This document shows positions 26,091-28,870 of a DNA stretch of 28,870 bases, piece by piece. Numbering within the stretch: the first letter of the stretch is position 1; each line of letters begins with the position of its first letter. The DNA comes from a virus. Its lineage: Duplodnaviria; Caudoviricetes. The notes beneath the pieces are model-generated. The model searched no databases. It was not told the DNA's origin and saw only the letters and a program-made list of their open reading frames with translations. Made by a program: the position numbers and the translations under genes. The stretch spans positions 1 through 28,870 of IMG/VR virus record IMGVR_UViG_3300035135_000182; one strand, given 5' to 3'.

Positions 26091-26936
26091 ATGGACAGAC
26101 TTGGATTTATTGGCGGCAGCGATGCTCGTCGTATTATGGATGGAGACTGGCATACTCTTTGGTTAGAGAAGACAGGCCAGCAAGAACCAGCAGACTTATC
26201 AGATAATCTTGCAGTTCAGATTGGTATTCGCACTGAAAAGTTAAACTATGAATGGTTTAACAAACAATATAAATCAGAAAATTTAGAAGTGCATCGTGTA
26301 CTTGAGCCGTGGGATAAAGAAACAGGTACTCACGGTAGTCTTACACAAGAACTTGAATGGAACGGTGTGCCATTGAAAGGCACGATTGACGGGTGGGTTT
26401 GTAAAAATTCTAGCTACAATCAACAGATTATTGAATGCAAGCATACATATGAACGCAACACAATGGAGGCTTGTCTTAAACAATATATGCCACAGTTGCA
26501 GTTTTATATGTTCACGCACAAGAACGCACAGTCCTGTTTTTTATCTGTAATCTTTGGTAATCGCAGATGGGAGTGTGTTGAGGTGTCTCGTAACAACGAG
26601 TACATACAACGTATGCTTGTCCACATCAAAGAATTTTGGGACTTGGTTACATCAAACACACCACCTGCATCTGGCAAACAAACTGAATCTTTATCTACAG
26701 ACCACATACCTGTGGATCAAATGGTCAGGCGTGATGCAACATCAGATAATGAATTTATCAGCAGATGCCATGACTACATTGAACAAGAGGCAAATGCCAA
26801 ATCATTCGAGTCAGCCAAAGCCGACCTTAAAGCTATGGTTGCCGATAACGAGCGAGAAGTATATTGCGACTTGCTCACCATTAAGCGTGACAAACGTGGC
26901 GCATTACGCATTGCAATAAAGGAGAACAAGCAATGA
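26091..26936 (+). CDS. YqaJ / lambda-exonuclease-like recombination nuclease
   Basis: RLGFIGGSD, WLEKTG, GTIDG, IIECK, QLQFYM motifs. Confidence 0.88.
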   Translation: MDRLGFIGGSDARRIMDGDWHTLWLEKTGQQEPADLSDNLAVQIGIRTEKLNYEWFNKQYKSENLEVHRVLEPWDKETGTHGSLTQELEWNGVPLKGTIDGWVCKNSSYNQQIIECKHTYERNTMEACLKQYMPQLQFYMFTHKNAQSCFLSVIFGNRRWECVEVSRNNEYIQRMLVHIKEFWDLVTSNTPPASGKQTESLSTDHIPVDQMVRRDATSDNEFISRCHDYIEQEANAKSFESAKADLKAMVADNEREVYCDLLTIKRDKRGALRIAIKENKQ

Positions 26937-27388
26937 AAAATATTACACAAGCATTAATCAAGTTCCATGAAACAGGAGCGGCTGCAAAGAAGAGTGAAGA
27001 AAACCCATTCTTCAAATCAAACTACGCCTCTCTCGATGAAGTGATTGACACTGTACGAGCCGAAGCTGGCAAGTTTGGTCTTACATTTACACAGTTAGTA
27101 GACTTTGAAAATGCAAACATACAAAAGGCGGATGTTACAATATACGTCAAGACTATAGTGCTGCATGACTCAGGCGAGTCTTTTGAAAGCCGGACACCTG
27201 TACTTACTAAAGACAATACTGATCCACAGAAGATGGGGTCAGGCATCACATATGCGAAACGCTACGGACTGCAAGCCGCATTCGGTCTGCCATCTGAAGA
27301 TGACGATGGCAACTCAGCTAGCCAAGAGCCAATTAAAACAAAAGGCCACAAGAAAACAGAAGCTAAAGACGAAGGAGAATCATGGTAA
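26933..27388 (+). CDS. erf: ERF family single-strand annealing protein
   Basis: NPFFKSNYASL, PQKMGSGITYAKRYGLQAAFGL, EDDDGN motifs. Confidence 0.9.
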   Translation: MKNITQALIKFHETGAAAKKSEENPFFKSNYASLDEVIDTVRAEAGKFGLTFTQLVDFENANIQKADVTIYVKTIVLHDSGESFESRTPVLTKDNTDPQKMGSGITYAKRYGLQAAFGLPSEDDDGNSASQEPIKTKGHKKTEAKDEGESW

Positions 27389-27789
27389 TGGAATACGATA
27401 ACACAAACAGAGGCGCAGTCTTCACACCATTTGAAGACCAGAAGTTTATTTTGCAAGGCAAGCTAGACATACAGGGCAAAGAATATCCTGTAGTTGTTAT
27501 GCAGATGACATCAAGAAATGGTGGCAAACGTCTGGAAATATATCAGAAAATGGGGACAATGTTTGACTACAAAAAGAATGAAGGCTCTGAGAATCAACCA
27601 GATTACGATGGGCCTCTTGACCTTATTGACGGTAATCTAAAGATTGCTGGATGGAGACAGCAAGCAGATGGCAAACCTTATTTGTCTTTACAAGTAAGCG
27701 AGCGTCTTGCTAAAACAGAAGAAACACCACCACAAGAACTCAAGCCAGCGACGACTGAAGTGATTGTGGATGATGACATACCTTTCTAA
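27382..27789 (+). CDS. Phage single-stranded DNA-binding protein
   Basis: YDNTNRGAVF, QPDYDG, IAGW, YLSLQV motifs; DDDIPF tail; follows ERF; start may be 27388. Confidence 0.75.
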   Translation: MVMEYDNTNRGAVFTPFEDQKFILQGKLDIQGKEYPVVVMQMTSRNGGKRLEIYQKMGTMFDYKKNEGSENQPDYDGPLDLIDGNLKIAGWRQQADGKPYLSLQVSERLAKTEETPPQELKPATTEVIVDDDIPF

Positions 27790-27792
27790 TTG

Positions 27793-27863
27793 AGCAAAGG
27801 TCTGTTCTCCAACTCTGTCCCTTTGCTAGGACACCCCAGATTCCCTCCGAGTCTGGGGTGTTC
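27793..27863 (+). ncRNA. Candidate two-hairpin small RNA with anti-Shine-Dalgarno loops
   Basis: Hairpin 1 AGCAAAGG/CCTTTGCT with loop TCTGTTCTCCAACTCTGTC; hairpin 2 15-bp stem (two G-U) with loop CCTCC. Hairpins are certain, sRNA status is inferred. Confidence 0.5.
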
Positions 27864-27881
27864 GCTTTATAGGAGATAACA

Positions 27882-28100
27882 ATGGCAATAACACCACCAA
27901 CAAATCGATTCAGAGGCAAGTGGGATTTTATTCCTAGCCTCGATTGGGATACACCTATTCTTACAGAAACAGAAAGAGATTGTGACTGTGCTAGACGAGC
28001 AATGATATGGTACGGTTTCAGAACAATGCAAACAAAAACCAGACAAGGCTGGTATATATGGAAGCTACCCAATGAAGATAGTATCAGCAACACTGCATAA
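27882..28100 (+). CDS. Small protein, apparent paralogue of 23478-23702
   Basis: AGGAG RBS; RGKWDF...CARR...GWYIWKL pattern. Confidence 0.65.
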   Translation: MAITPPTNRFRGKWDFIPSLDWDTPILTETERDCDCARRAMIWYGFRTMQTKTRQGWYIWKLPNEDSISNTA

Positions 28101-28284
28101 AGCAGACACATACGATGTATATGTAGAGACAGTTGTTGAAAGAAGAATAACTGTAAGGGCTATATCTGAAGAAGAAGCTATGGATTTAGCTTATAGAAGA
28201 GCAACAGAACGCACCAAAACATTTACAAACAGACACTACAAGGTGCTAGAACATGAAGTTATACAGGCAATAGTTAGGCGATAA
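28072..28284 (+). CDS. Hypothetical protein
   Basis: 70 aa, YDVYVETVVERRITVRAISEEEAM motif; last early-strand gene, stop overlaps the endolysin stop convergently. Confidence 0.6.
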   Translation: MKIVSATLHKADTYDVYVETVVERRITVRAISEEEAMDLAYRRATERTKTFTNRHYKVLEHEVIQAIVRR

Positions 28285-28723
28285 GACCCTTGCGGTATTT
28301 ATTTTTGCGGTCATAAGTTAGAACTTCCTTGCGATTGCCGTCAACTTTATAACTGCAATGTATCCAGCCAGTATTGCCACCTTCATAATGCTCAAGAATA
28401 AGCTGGTCAAACTCAAGATTGCCAGCAATCCAGCCAGCAACTTCTAAATTAGAAACGCTTGGCACTTCAAAGTCTGCTGCTTCACCCTTTGCGTGTTGAG
28501 AATTTACTGTACTACCAATGGCAACGCATAGTTCTGGGCTGCGATAGCCACTGCTGGGGCTAAAAGGTATGCTGTATTGCGTTCTTACTGGTTCTAGTAC
28601 ATTCATGCACAAAGCTCGCAATGCCTCTGTATGGGCTTCTGTGGGCGAATTAGGGATACCCTTGCGAGTAGCCGTTTGACTCTTGCTTAATTCTTCTAAG
28701 CTAAAATGTGGAGATAGTTTCAT
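28274..28723 (-). CDS. Endolysin, peptidase M15A family
   Basis: LSPHFSLEEL, SGYRS, SQHAKGEAADF, WIHCS zinc-peptidase motifs. Confidence 0.9.
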   Translation of the reverse strand: MKLSPHFSLEELSKSQTATRKGIPNSPTEAHTEALRALCMNVLEPVRTQYSIPFSPSSGYRSPELCVAIGSTVNSQHAKGEAADFEVPSVSNLEVAGWIAGNLEFDQLILEHYEGGNTGWIHCSYKVDGNRKEVLTYDRKNKYRKGLIA

Positions 28724-28869
28724 TACTTCTTCCTAAATTTATCAAGACCTTTCAACCCTAGCCCTGCTAAAATTGTTACATACAAAATATTCTGATACCA
28801 ATCAGGCAACTCAGCAATAACATCAAAGCCACGTTTGGCAAGGTCTGGATCAATCCATGCCATTACGCA
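28723..28869 (-). CDS. Holin-like membrane protein, C-terminal part (runs off the right edge)
   Basis: Manual translation ...CVMAWIDPDLAKRGFDVIAELPDWYQNILYVTILAGLGLKGLDKFRKK; hydrophobic helix plus basic tail; TAATG-coupled to endolysin. Confidence 0.7.
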   Translation of the reverse strand, partial: CVMAWIDPDLAKRGFDVIAELPDWYQNILYVTILAGLGLKGLDKFRKK

Positions 28870-28870
28870 T

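Noticed and set aside
22100-28111. Minus-strand and alternate-frame ORFs within the early region
   Set aside because: Overlap recognisable plus-strand genes and lack coding signals.
1-28870. CRISPR array, tRNA, introns, inteins, IS elements
   Set aside because: No regularly spaced repeats, cloverleaf or interrupted core genes seen by eye; tRNAscan and CRISPR finders were not run.

Overview
Most of the genome of a tailed dsDNA phage with a podovirus (T7/BPP-1/HTVC010P-like) virion module, probably a marine phage of an alphaproteobacterial host (inference). Minus strand, 20838 to 1: terminase small subunit, a cluster of tiny very basic proteins, terminase large subunit, portal, scaffold, a GNAT/gp13-like protein, major capsid, tail tube A/B, three internal (ejection) proteins and tail-fibre genes. 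Plus strand, 21254 to 28284: early genes and a host-dependent recombination/replication module (DUF932, HTH proteins, a Holliday-junction resolvase fused to a DnaT-like domain, putative helicase loader, YqaJ exonuclease, ERF annealing protein, SSB). The end of the late operon (holin-like gene, M15 endolysin) converges from the right. No DNA or RNA polymerase, integrase, tRNA or CRISPR is visible. The most unusual signals are non-coding. (1) A ~380-nt fold-back element (20936-21316) whose 5' arm is antisense to the RBS and first 21 codons of the first early gene and whose core is a four-way junction containing GCGAAGC. (2) A two-hairpin element after ssb (27793-27863) whose loops are complementary to the GGAGAAC ribosome-binding motif shared by seven early genes and to GGAGG, a candidate phage anti-Shine-Dalgarno sRNA. 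(3) A TTGTG(C/A)GTTG late-promoter motif and a structured capsid leader. All family assignments are from motif recognition by eye, not database searches.
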